DNA of 40,767 nucleotides from Candidatus Bathyarchaeia archaeon (GTDB taxonomy: Archaea > Thermoproteota > Bathyarchaeia > Bathyarchaeales > Bathycorpusculaceae): positions 1 through 40,767 of the forward strand of contig JBEKGO010000024.1 of NCBI GenBank assembly GCA_050012755.1, read 5' to 3'. The notes below the pieces were generated by a model. That model had not been told where the DNA came from and ran no database searches. It was given only the letters and a program-made list of their open reading frames with translations. Below, piece by piece: positions 1 to 9,939 of the stretch. Each line of letters starts with the position of its first letter. Within the stretch, counting starts at the first letter, position 1. The translations under genes and the position numbers were made by a program.

Positions 1-989
1 TGGCTTTCTTCGCTGTAATTGGCTTACTTTTCATGGTCTTTAACGTAACTTCGGTAACTGCGAATTTTTCTCCGTTTACTCCTCTTGGCATTGGCGGTTT
101 TGGGGCAGCTCTTGTGTTGATATTCTGGGCTTATGCAGGCTTTGAAATTTCAACAATACCGGCCAATGACATACAAGATCCAGGCAAAACAATCCCCAAG
201 GCAATAATACTTGGAATCACAATCGTAACTGTATTCTATTTGGTTACAAACATTGTGCTTTTTGGAGTAAGACCTTGGAGTTTGCTGGCTTTAGATAAGG
301 CACCTTTGACTGCTGCAACCGGCGCAATTCTCGTTTCAAACCCAACATGGGCTCTGATCGGCGTAATTATAGTGGGAGTAGGAGCCTTAATCTCGGTTTC
401 TGGTTCTGACGAGTCCGGAATGATAGGAACTTCGAGATTGGGTTATGCACTGGCTGCTGACGGTCTTTTCCCTAAAGTTTTCGCTCGAATTCACCCAAGG
501 TTTAAGACGCCTTATTTGGGAATAATCATTTCAGCAGTCACGGCGCTTGTAGCAGCGCTTTTTGGCAATCTAAGAGTGCTTATAGCGGCTTCTGTGTTTT
601 TCATGGCAGTTGCTTATGCTGCGACAAGTGCGTCAACCTTTTTCTTGCGCCGCAAGGATACTAAAACTCATTTTAGCCTTAGAAGCTTGTTTATTCCAAC
701 TCTTGGAGTAATCTTTTCTGTATACCTGATTACACAGTGCAACTTTACCCAAATTGCATTAGGTCTAATCCTGCTTTTAGTGGGAGTCCCTATATACATT
801 AAATATTCGCCTAAGAAAGAAATAGCTGAACTCAAAGAGGCTTTAATGTCTCCAGAGGCAACCTTGAAAAGAGCACACGCTCAAGAGGACAGGTTTCTGG
901 CTAATGTTCTGAAGCACATCAAAAATTTCTATAGAAAAAGAATTGGAAAGAAACAGGTACAGGACTTAACTGAGCAAGTTGAAGCGTAA
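1..989 (+). CDS. APC-family amino acid permease (5' truncated by window edge)
   Basis: Frame is open to the window start (AFFAVIGLLFM...). Many TM helices; motifs FWAYAGFE, SRLGYALAADGLFP, HPRFKTP. Confidence 0.9.
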   Translation, partial: AFFAVIGLLFMVFNVTSVTANFSPFTPLGIGGFGAALVLIFWAYAGFEISTIPANDIQDPGKTIPKAIILGITIVTVFYLVTNIVLFGVRPWSLLALDKAPLTAATGAILVSNPTWALIGVIIVGVGALISVSGSDESGMIGTSRLGYALAADGLFPKVFARIHPRFKTPYLGIIISAVTALVAALFGNLRVLIAASVFFMAVAYAATSASTFFLRRKDTKTHFSLRSLFIPTLGVIFSVYLITQCNFTQIALGLILLLVGVPIYIKYSPKKEIAELKEALMSPEATLKRAHAQEDRFLANVLKHIKNFYRKRIGKKQVQDLTEQVEA

Positions 990-1115
990 CCCAACAACAT
1001 TGACAATGACAATTTTGAAGCTTAGGTAACTTGCCACTTCGGACTTGTTAGCAAAAAACTTTAACTTAGTTCGATCGATAACTAAATTAGGGTTCCCAAA
1101 TGGTCGGGAAATATT

Positions 1116-2459
1116 ATGAAACAAAATGTCACAAATGAAGATATTAAGCGTTTTTCAGCATCTTTCGACAGTGACCCTAAAAATCTTCTTGCTTTGAACG
1201 CGGTGACACGGAACGGTATTGCAGATGTAGCTTTGAGTCGAAAAGAAGTCGATCGAATCAACTACACATTCAGTAATCTCATAGAGTCACCCGAGGCTAC
1301 TAATCAAGAAAGGTCAGGGCGGTGTTGGTTATTCTCCGGGCTTAGTCTCCTTTCTCTAGAAGCTATGAAAAAATTGAACCTTCAAACCTTTGAACTCTCC
1401 GAGGTCTACCAGATGTTCTGGGATAAATTTGAGAAGGCGAATTATTTCCTTGAGAACATCATTGAGACCAGGGATGAACCATTGGACAGCCGGATGATTT
1501 TGGCGCTTCTCATTGATCCACTTTCCGATGGTGGACAATGGGACATGTTTGTAAATCTCGTTGACAAGTACGGGGTCGTTCCAAAGTCTCTTATGCCAGA
1601 GACATTCAGTAGCAACGATTCCGATTCAATGAACACTCTTCTAGTTTCCAAGCTGAGAGAATACGCAAAGCTGCTTAGAGATATGAATGCCAAGGGCATT
1701 TCTGTAGAGAAGTTGCGAAAGTCAAAGTGCGCGTTACTTGAGGAGTTCTATCGAATGCTTGCAATTCACTTGGGGAAGCCTCCGACCAATTTTTACTGGG
1801 AGTGGCGAGACAAAGAAAAAATATTCCACAGGGATGGCGATATTACGCCTCGAGAGTTCTACAAGAAGTATATAGAAGTTGACTTGGATGGTCTTGTCTG
1901 CCTAATAAACGCTCCAGCAAAGGACAAGCCTTTTAAAAAAATCTATACGGTGCAGTATCTTGGGAATGTTATCGGTGGACGTTCAGTGCGTTACTTAAAC
2001 GTTGATATGGAGACTTTGAAGAAAGCCGCGGTCGACATGATAAAGGGTAACCATGCGGTTTGGTTTGGATGTGACGTTGGCCAAATGCTTGAGACAGAAA
2101 TGGGCGCCATGGATTTGAACGTTTATGATTATAAAATCGTTTATGGAACAGATTTTAAGCTTGATAAAGCGGGAAGGTTAGCATACAGAAATAGCGAAAT
2201 GACACATGCAATGGTCTTAACAGGTGTGGATCTTGATGAGAAAGAAAAACCGAGAAAATGGCGAGTTGAAAATAGTTGGGGTGCCATGATCGGGGACAAA
2301 GGTTACATGTATATGATGGACAAGTGGTTTGATGAATACGTATTCGAAATAACTGTTAGAAAAGAATACCTCTCTCCAGAGCTCTTGAGCGTTCTTAGCA
2401 CCGAACCTGTTGTTCTTCCACCTTGGGATCCTATGGGCGGATTAGCAAAGCAAAATTGA
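1116..2459 (+). CDS. pepC: Aminopeptidase C / bleomycin hydrolase (peptidase C1B)
   Basis: QERSGRCWLF (catalytic Cys), THAM (His), VENSWG (Asn), C-terminal PWDPMG. Confidence 0.95.
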   Translation: MKQNVTNEDIKRFSASFDSDPKNLLALNAVTRNGIADVALSRKEVDRINYTFSNLIESPEATNQERSGRCWLFSGLSLLSLEAMKKLNLQTFELSEVYQMFWDKFEKANYFLENIIETRDEPLDSRMILALLIDPLSDGGQWDMFVNLVDKYGVVPKSLMPETFSSNDSDSMNTLLVSKLREYAKLLRDMNAKGISVEKLRKSKCALLEEFYRMLAIHLGKPPTNFYWEWRDKEKIFHRDGDITPREFYKKYIEVDLDGLVCLINAPAKDKPFKKIYTVQYLGNVIGGRSVRYLNVDMETLKKAAVDMIKGNHAVWFGCDVGQMLETEMGAMDLNVYDYKIVYGTDFKLDKAGRLAYRNSEMTHAMVLTGVDLDEKEKPRKWRVENSWGAMIGDKGYMYMMDKWFDEYVFEITVRKEYLSPELLSVLSTEPVVLPPWDPMGGLAKQN

Positions 2460-2490
2460 ATTTCATTAAAGGCTTTACAAACTGGGCATT

Positions 2491-2513
2491 GTAGCTGTTT
2501 ATTCGCAGTCACA
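2491..2513 (+). promoter_or_regulatory. Conserved motif copy 1 (GTAGCTGT-N7-CAGTCACA), 4 bp upstream of TATA-like TTCAAATA
   Basis: Same sequence and spacing as the copies at 5373, 5838 and 5907. Confidence 0.65.
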
Positions 2514-2563
2514 CATCTTCAAATAGGCTCAGCCAAGTTAATGGTAAGTGAGGCTTGTTAGAA

Positions 2564-2722
2564 ATGGGCTTACTTGATTTACTTTTCGTAGTTGCTGCTA
2601 TACTTATTGTATTGTGGCTCCTTGGCTTTGTATTCTTCAACCTTGGAACCATAATATGGGTACTGCTTGTCATCGCCATCCTCATAATACTTGTTCGATT
2701 GCTTACAGGACGAAGAATATAA
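2564..2722 (+). CDS. 52-aa two-helix membrane protein, lmo0937/DUF5670-like (not in ORF track)
   Basis: Manual translation: MGLLDLLFVVAAILIVLWLLGFVFFNLGTIIWVLLVIAILIILVRLLTGRRI*. LIVLWLLG...LLVIA...GRR pattern. Confidence 0.8.
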   Translation: MGLLDLLFVVAAILIVLWLLGFVFFNLGTIIWVLLVIAILIILVRLLTGRRI

Positions 2723-2788
2723 CATACGCCAGAAAGTATCTATGAGTCGTTAATTTGAGAAAAGGTAAAGTTAGGAGGAAAAAAATGA

Positions 2789-3484
2789 ATGAAAGATATT
2801 ATGAATATTTTTCTTGAAGCTGGAACTTTCAGGATGTTTGTCTCAGCAATTCAAGCTGCGGAACTAATTGATACCCTCAGAGGTACTGATCCCTTAACTG
2901 TTTTTGCACCAAATGATGAAGCGTTCGCCAAACTCCCCAAAGGCGCGTTTGACGATCTTCTAAAGAACGTTCCAAAGTTAAAGGCAATTCTAATGTACCA
3001 TATAATTGCTGGAAAACATACAATTAACCAAATCAGTAAAATGAATTCCGCGAAAACAATTCAAGGCCAAGAAGTCAAAATTGACGGCCACAAGTGGCAT
3101 CTTCACGTGACCCCGAAAATCAATGACGCAAACATTACAAATTACAACCTCGTAACAGACAACGGCATAATTCATGTCATAGATAGAGTGCTTATGCCAA
3201 ATATGAAGCTAACTTGCCCCGTGTGCGGGATGGGTTTCATGACACTGGAAGCTTTGAATGCTCATACTAAAATGGGTCATGTCGTTGAGAAAGTATCAGA
3301 GCCAAGGCTAGAAGTTGAAAAAGCTACTGAACCAATGTCAGGCATTTCATCTCAAGAGACTCCACTGAGTGGTTTAGAACCTAATCAGGTCAAATGTCCT
3401 GACTGTGGAAGAACCTTCAAGAGTCATTCGGAGATGGAGAGGCACAGAGACACAACTCATCATGAAACAAAAGGACACGATTAA
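2789..3484 (+). CDS. Fasciclin (FAS1) domain protein with two C-terminal C2H2 zinc fingers
   Basis: TVFAPNDEAF, ILMYHII, NGIIHVIDRVL (FAS1). CPVC-x12-H-x4-H and CPDC-x12-H-x4-H. AGGAGG RBS upstream. Confidence 0.9.
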   Translation: MKDIMNIFLEAGTFRMFVSAIQAAELIDTLRGTDPLTVFAPNDEAFAKLPKGAFDDLLKNVPKLKAILMYHIIAGKHTINQISKMNSAKTIQGQEVKIDGHKWHLHVTPKINDANITNYNLVTDNGIIHVIDRVLMPNMKLTCPVCGMGFMTLEALNAHTKMGHVVEKVSEPRLEVEKATEPMSGISSQETPLSGLEPNQVKCPDCGRTFKSHSEMERHRDTTHHETKGHD

Positions 3485-3523
3485 CTGAAGGAACAATTCC
3501 AGAAATGATAATTTACTGTGGTG

Positions 3524-4516
3524 TTAATTTAAGCAGAATCTCTTGACGACGCGGCAGATTGCCAAAGTTATCCAGAGATTCAAATCCTTATCTTTGCCCC
3601 TAACCAGATGCACATTCCATAAACCGTTTTCATTTTGTGAGTTAATGAGCCAATCAATTGCCTTCTTGATTTGTGGTTCTTCTATTTTGAATCCTAAAAA
3701 CGACAAAGAATCCAGGGATGACAAAATATCTGTGAACCAGAACGGAAAAGAGAATTCTGTCCAGAAAGCAACTGTTCCTCGATCTGGATAAGCATCTTTC
3801 TTAAAGAATCTTGACGCTAAGAGCTCTCCAGCGGCTTTTGCCTCGTCCAATTGACGATACTTGGGGTGCCCTGCAAAGGCGCGTAACACGACGCCAGTCA
3901 CTAAGTGCGAGAACGGCTTTGTCCTGTCAGGCTGCATTGTTTCTTGGCGAAACAGAAAATCATTAATTTTCGCGTTTTTTGTTCGGCTTGCTATTGCCCA
4001 TCCCCCATCATTCTGCCGAATAGAAAGCAGCCAAAGGAAACCTTTCTCGATGCGCCGGTCGCTTTGGTAGCCTGATTTTATAAGAAGCTCCATAATTGCA
4101 GCGGTGTAATTTGGAGAATACTGGTTTCCGTATATTCCTCTGAAATCTCCTTCTTGCGTTTGGAAGCTGAACAGGAAATCGGCTGCATTTCGTATGGCAT
4201 TATTGCGGTTGGTGAAGCCGTATTTTTCCACTAGTTCTCCAATGATTCGGTAAGTTTCAATCTGATTGTAATTCTGCTGAGAACGGATATCCAGCTTTGC
4301 TCCAGGGTATCTCCAAGAACCGTCAAGCTGCTGGTTATTCACAATCTTTTTGACTAAAGGCTGCTCCCAGAGAGTCTCTGTTTGAATGACCTTTTCGTTT
4401 TGCAGGTCACGCTTTGTGAAGAAAACGATTGCTTGATTCTTTGATGAGGTCAATTGAGGTAACGGGTCGTACCTTAGCAGGTTCTGCCATTTCTCCAAAG
4501 CAATGCCCAGAATCAC
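3524..4516 (-). CDS. Prenyltransferase/squalene-cyclase-repeat (QW motif) protein of unknown function
   Basis: Repeated QxxDGxW motifs: QQLDGSW, QTQEGDF, RQNDGGW, QNENGLW. Confidence 0.75.
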   Translation of the reverse strand: MILGIALEKWQNLLRYDPLPQLTSSKNQAIVFFTKRDLQNEKVIQTETLWEQPLVKKIVNNQQLDGSWRYPGAKLDIRSQQNYNQIETYRIIGELVEKYGFTNRNNAIRNAADFLFSFQTQEGDFRGIYGNQYSPNYTAAIMELLIKSGYQSDRRIEKGFLWLLSIRQNDGGWAIASRTKNAKINDFLFRQETMQPDRTKPFSHLVTGVVLRAFAGHPKYRQLDEAKAAGELLASRFFKKDAYPDRGTVAFWTEFSFPFWFTDILSSLDSLSFLGFKIEEPQIKKAIDWLINSQNENGLWNVHLVRGKDKDLNLWITLAICRVVKRFCLN

Positions 4517-4599
4517 CTCTGCTCAAAGCGTTAATATCATTTTCTAGAACCTGCAGGCTTTGGCACTGATTTTTTTAGTGCAAGTTTGCAATCTATGCT

Positions 4600-5289
4600 T
4601 TAATTTGTTGTTTCAAGCATTATTCTTTTCAGGATCGTGAATCCGTGTTTCATTCCAAGTTTCTTTTCGCCTAATCTTTGCCTGTATTTTATGGGTATTT
4701 CGATGATTTTTAAGCCTCTGCGCTCTACTTGGTGGTTTAACTCCACTTCAAAATCAAATCCTTTGGATTCTACATGCCAACCTCGCATTATTTCCGCACG
4801 TACCACTCTCAGTCCAGTTAATGGGTCACTGAGTGTTACACCGTTAAGTTGATTGTGGGCAAATGCAAGAAGCTTATTTCCAAAATGAAACATGCCTTTC
4901 CAAGCCATTTTATCAGGAGTCCCTTCAAACCTGCTGCCCAAAACCATACCTACATCGGGATTTTGTTCCAGTATTTCGAGCATTCGGGGAACATGTTCAG
5001 CCGGGTACGTATGGTCAGCGTCGGTAAAAATAACAAAATCTACGTTTGAGTTAATGTTTTTTATAGCCTTGGCTATTGCGTTGCCTTTGCCTTTTCCATC
5101 TTGATAGATGACTTCTGCGCCTTCGTTTTTTGCGATGTTTGCTGTTTCATCCCGACTATTACCATCGACGACAAGGATATTTGTATTCGGAAGATGTTCT
5201 TTCAGTTCTGATATTGTGGGACCTATGCCGGGTTCTTCATCTAAAGCGGCAATTATAACTTGAGTTTGGGGTATCCCTAATATTTGCGT
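4600..5289 (-). CDS. Glycosyltransferase family 2 (DPM1-like), with no canonical start codon
   Basis: Frame stays open about 100 codons upstream of the listed ORF (VIIAALDEE, VVDGNSRDET, GKGKGNA, TDAD) to a TGA at 5296-5298. Candidate start is ACG at 5289-5287. Confidence 0.8.
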   Translation of the reverse strand, partial: TQILGIPQTQVIIAALDEEPGIGPTISELKEHLPNTNILVVDGNSRDETANIAKNEGAEVIYQDGKGKGNAIAKAIKNINSNVDFVIFTDADHTYPAEHVPRMLEILEQNPDVGMVLGSRFEGTPDKMAWKGMFHFGNKLLAFAHNQLNGVTLSDPLTGLRVVRAEIMRGWHVESKGFDFEVELNHQVERRGLKIIEIPIKYRQRLGEKKLGMKHGFTILKRIMLETTN

Positions 5290-5372
5290 ACTAAATCAAA
5301 CCTAACAGCCAAATAACTGAGCGTTCTTTAGCTATTAGCATCTTAAAGATGCAGGTCCAACACTTAAACGAC

Positions 5373-5395
5373 TGTGACTGTATGGTTACAGCAAC
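5373..5395 (-). promoter_or_regulatory. Conserved motif copy 2 (GTTGCTGT-N7-CAGTCACA), 4 bp upstream of TTTAAG, before GT2
   Basis: Read on the minus strand; same spacing as the other copies. Confidence 0.7.
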
Positions 5396-5484
5396 AAACA
5401 TTTGGATGATTACTTGCTTGCGTGTTTATGTGTGGAAGTGAGTGAGCGAGAAAACCAGAGAAAAAGATTAAAATCTAATCTAAG

Positions 5485-5766
5485 TTAGGGTACTGGTTTA
5501 AGATACATGTGAAGCTGATCTTTTGGAACATTTAAGTGCAATCCAGTGTCTGTCCAAGCGGTAGTCCCTTTCTTTAGGGCTGAGACGTCCATCAAGTTTC
5601 GTACTCCGCTTTTCTTTGCGCCAAGCACTGACTCAGCTATATCCTTTTCCAATTCAATTTCAAGATGAGTTACTTTCCACCCTTCAAAGTCTATTTCTAT
5701 TCCTTTGACTTTACCGATTTTCTCATTTAACGCAAAAACGTCTTTATCAATAAGACCCAATCTCAT
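5485..5766 (-). CDS. PRC-barrel domain protein
   Basis: LIDKDV...KIGKVKGIEIDFEGWKVTHLEI pattern. AGGAGG RBS. Confidence 0.75.
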   Translation of the reverse strand: MRLGLIDKDVFALNEKIGKVKGIEIDFEGWKVTHLEIELEKDIAESVLGAKKSGVRNLMDVSALKKGTTAWTDTGLHLNVPKDQLHMYLKPVP

Positions 5767-5837
5767 GCTTTCTATCCCTCCTTTTCACATCCATAATCTG
5801 TACACCTTATTAATGGTCATTGGCGGACTTAAGTGGG

Positions 5838-5860
5838 TGTGACTGTAAGTCAACAGCAAC
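5838..5860 (-). promoter_or_regulatory. Conserved motif copy 3 (GTTGCTGT-N7-CAGTCACA), 4 bp upstream of CTTAAG, before the PRC-barrel gene
   Basis: Read on the minus strand; same spacing as the other copies. Confidence 0.7.
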
Positions 5861-5906
5861 TCCATTCATTAATGAAAATAGGTTCTCTTTAACGCAAAGG
5901 CTCTTT

Positions 5907-5929
5907 GTCGGTGTTAGATAGCAGTCACA
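5907..5929 (+). promoter_or_regulatory. Conserved motif copy 4 (GTCGGTGT-N7-CAGTCACA), 4 bp upstream of TTTATA
   Basis: Precedes the 75-aa membrane protein gene; same spacing as the other copies. Confidence 0.65.
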
Positions 5930-5980
5930 CATGTTTATACTTCAGCCAAATACTCTAAATAAAGATAAAGGCGAAAAGAT

Positions 5981-6208
5981 ATGGGATTTGGAAGTTACAT
6001 TGGTGGTCCAGTACTCTGCGTATTAGCAGTTCTGTTAGGATTTTTTGGAGTTGCAGTTCTATTAGGAATTTTTAAATTCGTTGCAACAAGCTTTGTTATC
6101 CCATTAGGAATAGGTGCAATAGTAGTAGCGCTCTTCATATTCATATTTGGATGGTATTTATACAAATCGGCAAAGCCACAAGGAACATTAAACGTCCACA
6201 ATCAATAA
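5981..6208 (+). CDS. Small two-TM hypothetical membrane protein
   Basis: Two hydrophobic helices; TATA box upstream. Confidence 0.7.
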   Translation: MGFGSYIGGPVLCVLAVLLGFFGVAVLLGIFKFVATSFVIPLGIGAIVVALFIFIFGWYLYKSAKPQGTLNVHNQ

Positions 6209-6364
6209 AGATTTTAGCAACTCGATTCATCAATGTAGACTACTTATTCCTATTATTAATATTTCAATTGCTTTCTTATGATGATGAACCGTCTTGAAAA
6301 AAGGTGGAAAATACCTATTCGCCAGTGGAGTTCAAGTTCGGCTAGGCTTGTTGGAATCTTAGGC

Positions 6365-6946
6365 TCATTTTTCTTCTTTGGTTATCTCTTTTCCAATTGA
6401 GAACACTTGTCCCACGGCTTTCCCAACTTTATGATATGCCATCCCTGAAGGATTCCAGATTATGGGTTTCACTTTTTCAATGTCTGGAAGGTTCTCCTCA
6501 TTGAGCACAAGAGAATCAGCTTTGACATCCATGATTTCACCTATAAACTCCGTGTGTAAGCCGATTTCAACTATTTTTAGAACTTTGCACTCTATAATCA
6601 ACGGAAATTCTTTCACATAGGGCGCATCAACAAGATCGCTTTTCACAGGAGTAAGCCCTGTTGCCGCGAATTTATCCACCGTTTTTCCCGAAGTGAGGCC
6701 AAAATAATCAGCCTCCTTGACATAGTTTTCAGATGGAATGCTCACTGTAAACGCTTTCCGCTCCACAATATTATTGTAGGTATACGTGGCTTTTCTGAGA
6801 GATACATAGATGCATGGCGGTTTGGAACAACATACTCCTCCCCAAGCAGCAGTCATAACATTTGGTTTTCCCTCTCGATCAAAAGTTCCTACAACCCAAA
6901 CAGGAGTCGTGGGAACGATGGTTTCTGCACCTAAAGATTTTTTCAT
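6365..6946 (-). CDS. Flavin reductase-like protein (flavoredoxin family)
   Basis: MKKSLG...[10 protein letters not shown]...[10 protein letters not shown]...ECKV...[17 protein letters not shown] supports a start at 6946. Confidence 0.9.
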   Translation of the reverse strand: MKKSLGAETIVPTTPVWVVGTFDREGKPNVMTAAWGGVCCSKPPCIYVSLRKATYTYNNIVERKAFTVSIPSENYVKEADYFGLTSGKTVDKFAATGLTPVKSDLVDAPYVKEFPLIIECKVLKIVEIGLHTEFIGEIMDVKADSLVLNEENLPDIEKVKPIIWNPSGMAYHKVGKAVGQVFSIGKEITKEEK

Positions 6947-6979
6947 AGGAAACCTCCTTAACATTCTGTCTTTTGAGCA

Positions 6980-7825
6980 CTACTCTGTTTTCAATGCAGA
7001 AACTTTTATGCTTACCACTGTGTTGGCTGCTTCCTTTACCTCTTCCTCTGTCATGTTTGCCATTTTGATTGCTTCTTTCAATGTGGATTCACTTATGATG
7101 TATTCAAGCGGGTAAGTTTTTTCTTCTATGACTTTTACTTCTTTGAATCCAGCTTTTCGCATTAGTTCAAGATATTTATCCTTAAGCTCTGCTCCCGAAA
7201 TGCATCCAGCATACGCTTCAACATTATTTTGAATAGATTCAGGCAACTCTTTTAAGAGAACAATGTCCGAAACCATCAATCGTCCCTTTGGAGCAAGAAC
7301 TCTGAATGCTTCTTCAAACACTCGCTTCTTGTTTGGGGCGAGGTTGATTACGCAGTTTGATATTATAACGTCGACTGAATTGTCTGCGACAGGAAGATTT
7401 TCAATTTCTCCTAGTCTGAACTCGACGTTTGTGTATTTGCCTTTTCTTGCGTTAGCTCTTGCTTTGTCAATCATTTCGGGAGTCATGTCTACTCCTATTA
7501 CTTTGCCTTTTTTGCCCACTTTGTTGGCAGCTAAGAAGCAGTCAAAGCCTGCCCCTGCACCTAAATCAAGAATTGTCTCCCCTTCTTTTAGCGATGTCAT
7601 AGCCGTTGGATTACCACAGCCAAGTCCCAAATTTGCCCCTTCAGGAACGGCGGTCATCTCAGCTTCACTGTAACCTATCATGCTGCATACTTCCTTGTTA
7701 GTTGGAGCCGAGCAACAGCTAATAGGTGATGCGCAACAAGAGCCATTGGTTTTGGCAACTTTGGCGTATCGATTTCTAACAAGTTTCTTAATTTTTTCTT
7801 CTTTCTTTTCCATACTGTTCACCAT
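6980..7825 (-). CDS. arsM: Arsenite S-adenosylmethionine methyltransferase
   Basis: [33 protein letters not shown] and N-terminal CC pairs; directly downstream of arsR. Confidence 0.93.
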   Translation of the reverse strand: MVNSMEKKEEKIKKLVRNRYAKVAKTNGSCCASPISCCSAPTNKEVCSMIGYSEAEMTAVPEGANLGLGCGNPTAMTSLKEGETILDLGAGAGFDCFLAANKVGKKGKVIGVDMTPEMIDKARANARKGKYTNVEFRLGEIENLPVADNSVDVIISNCVINLAPNKKRVFEEAFRVLAPKGRLMVSDIVLLKELPESIQNNVEAYAGCISGAELKDKYLELMRKAGFKEVKVIEEKTYPLEYIISESTLKEAIKMANMTEEEVKEAANTVVSIKVSALKTE

Positions 7826-7826
7826 T

Positions 7827-8156
7827 CTATCTGCAAGTCATTTGATCCAGAACCTCTTTCGTTAGTACGTTGACAAGCTCTGGCGTTAAATCGTCAACAA
7901 TATTGTGTATTCTGGGATCGACAATTGAATACATTCGTTTTGTTCCTTCTTTTCGGCATCTGACTATTCCGGTTTCTTTGAGGATTCTTAAGTGGCGTGA
8001 AACGAGCGGTTGAATTAGATTTAGATGTGGAACGATTTCGCAGACGCATTTTTCTCCGTCTCTCAAATATGCTATTATTTCGAGTCTGATTGGATCGGAG
8101 AGAGCGTAGAAAACTGTTGATTTGAAGCGATTCTGGTTTTCCACTTTTGCAGACAT
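7827..8156 (-). CDS. arsR: ArsR/SmtB metalloregulator
   Basis: [12 protein letters not shown]...EKCVCEI...QPLVSRHL. Start uncertain (8156 or 8180). Confidence 0.9.
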   Translation of the reverse strand: MSAKVENQNRFKSTVFYALSDPIRLEIIAYLRDGEKCVCEIVPHLNLIQPLVSRHLRILKETGIVRCRKEGTKRMYSIVDPRIHNIVDDLTPELVNVLTKEVLDQMTCR

Positions 8157-8227
8157 GGTTTGATTTAGTGTTGATAACAATATTTAAAAGTTGCTATGAA
8201 TAATCGAAATGAAATAAGGCAACAGAT

Positions 8228-8533
8228 ATGTCTGAAGAAACTTGGCACGGAATTCCCCGAAGCAAGATACTCTGGTATCCTACAATAGACTACGAAAAAT
8301 GCATCAGCTGCGGAAAATGCGTGGAATACTGCAAACTCGGAACCTATGAATTTGAAGAAATCAAAGGCAAAAAGATGTCAGTTGTGAAAAATCCAACTAA
8401 TTGCGTTGTACTCTGCAATGGGTGCGATGCAATATGCCCTGCCCACGCTATTCACCATCCCTCTAAGAAGGCAACTCGTGAGAAGATACAGGAACTCAGA
8501 AGAGACCCTTTACTAAAATTGAGAAAGAACTAA
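8228..8533 (+). CDS. 4Fe-4S dicluster ferredoxin
   Basis: CISCGKCVEYC and CVVLCNGCDAICP. Confidence 0.9.
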   Translation: MSEETWHGIPRSKILWYPTIDYEKCISCGKCVEYCKLGTYEFEEIKGKKMSVVKNPTNCVVLCNGCDAICPAHAIHHPSKKATREKIQELRRDPLLKLRKN

Positions 8534-8608
8534 GCCCATTGAAAACATCCGAGAAATTATAGATGAAATGGAACGCAAAGTCAAAGGTTAATTGAAGAAA
8601 ATGAGTGA
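8532..8608 (+). pseudogene. C-terminal remnant of an ArsC/LMW-PTP gene
   Basis: Translates as KPIENIREIIDEMERKVKG, then after a frameshift LIEENE*. Resembles the ArsC C-terminal helix (compare [15 protein letters not shown] at the end of the 9490 gene). Confidence 0.5.
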
Positions 8609-8930
8609 TGGTCACGTTAGAATTAGAGATTGGGAAGAATTCAAGCGTTTAGTTAGCGAAAAGAAGCCAAAGTCGATTGTGTTTATACTTGAGCAAAATG
8701 CTCTTTCACCAAACAAAGAACTTACAACTTTAAGAATAATATTGATGCACGACAAGCGTTACTACATCTTCCTGGATTTTCCTAAAGACCACTTCCTTAG
8801 AGAAACAAAAATTCCTTTGCACAAAGACAAAAACGGTCTATGGAATCTTGATGAGGCTGAGGTGAAAAATATATTGAAGAAGCAATTTGAAAAAGAGAAC
8901 GTGGAAGTGTTTTCTTTTTGGACTACTTAA
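8601..8930 (+). CDS. Hypothetical protein
   Basis: Intact ORF with protein-like composition; no motif recognised. Confidence 0.7.
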   Translation: MSDGHVRIRDWEEFKRLVSEKKPKSIVFILEQNALSPNKELTTLRIILMHDKRYYIFLDFPKDHFLRETKIPLHKDKNGLWNLDEAEVKNILKKQFEKENVEVFSFWTT

Positions 8931-9011
8931 AAGACGAAACAACTACTTCTATAAATAATATATTGACCATGTTTTTATGGTTCAAAAAGAATCGTATAAG
9001 GATGAGTCTTA

Positions 9012-9488
9012 ATGGTTGAAACTAAGGTTTTGTTTTTGTGCACTCATAATTCAGCTCGGTCTCAGATAGCTGAAGGTCTCCTTAGACATTTGTATGGCGA
9101 TGAGTATGAGGTTTTTAGTGCTGGAACAAATCCCATGCAGGTCAATCCTTTAGTCATTAAGGTTATGGATGAAATCGGGATAGATATTTCTGGGCAATAT
9201 TCTAAAAGCCTCGATGTTTTCAAAGATGTCGATATCGACCTGGTTGTATCAGTTTGCCGCAGCAGCTCAAAAATAAACTGTGCCATTTGCGCCTCACCAA
9301 TAGTTATGGGTAGACCTGAGTTGATTCGTTCAAGATTGCCTAAAGCTAAGGATTATCTGGATCATCCTTTCGATGACCCTTCCGAAGTGCAGGGAACTGA
9401 AGAAGAAAAACTTGAGGCCTTCCGTCGTACAAGAGATGAAATGAAAAAGTGGATAATCGAGGAGTTTAGTAACTTGAGGTGGGCGTGA
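9012..9488 (+). CDS. arsC: Arsenate reductase ArsC (LMW-PTP fold) with a CxxC-bearing insertion
   Basis: P-loop [25 protein letters not shown]. Confidence 0.88.
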   Translation: MVETKVLFLCTHNSARSQIAEGLLRHLYGDEYEVFSAGTNPMQVNPLVIKVMDEIGIDISGQYSKSLDVFKDVDIDLVVSVCRSSSKINCAICASPIVMGRPELIRSRLPKAKDYLDHPFDDPSEVQGTEEEKLEAFRRTRDEMKKWIIEEFSNLRWA

Positions 9489-9489
9489 G

Positions 9490-9939
9490 ATGGGAAAAAC
9501 TAAAGTCATTTTTCTATGCACAGGAAATTCGGCACGGAGCCAAATGGCAGAGGCATTTCTGAGGAAATATGCTGGTGATTATTTTGAGGTTTACAGTGCA
9601 GGCTTCGAGACTCGACCTATTCACCCCTACACTATTAAGGTGATGAAAGAGCTTGGTTATGACCTAAGTGGTCACCGTTCAAAGAACTTGTCGGAGTATC
9701 TTGGAAATATACATTTTGGGATAGTCATAACCGTATGTGTAAAAGCAGAAGAGGCGTGCCCCACCATACCGGGAGTATCCACAAGAATGTATTGGCCCTT
9801 CGAAGACCCAGCGGCATTTCAAGGGACAGAAGAAGAAAAACTGGCAAAATTCCGTGAAATTCGCGACAAAATTAACGAAAAAATAAAAGCATGGTTGAAA
9901 GAAAGATGCATAACGGAAACTGAAAACCCTCATTTTTAG
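9490..9939 (+). CDS. arsC: Arsenate reductase ArsC (thioredoxin-coupled type)
   Basis: [15 protein letters not shown]-x6-CP, WPFEDP. Confidence 0.92.
   Translation: MGKTKVIFLCTGNSARSQMAEAFLRKYAGDYFEVYSAGFETRPIHPYTIKVMKELGYDLSGHRSKNLSEYLGNIHFGIVITVCVKAEEACPTIPGVSTRMYWPFEDPAAFQGTEEEKLAKFREIRDKINEKIKAWLKERCITETENPHF

Noticed and set aside
8963-8985. TTGACCAT-N6-ATGGTTCAA as an ArsR operator upstream of arsC
   Set aside because: Imperfect and single-copy; no matching site could be confirmed at the arsR promoter.
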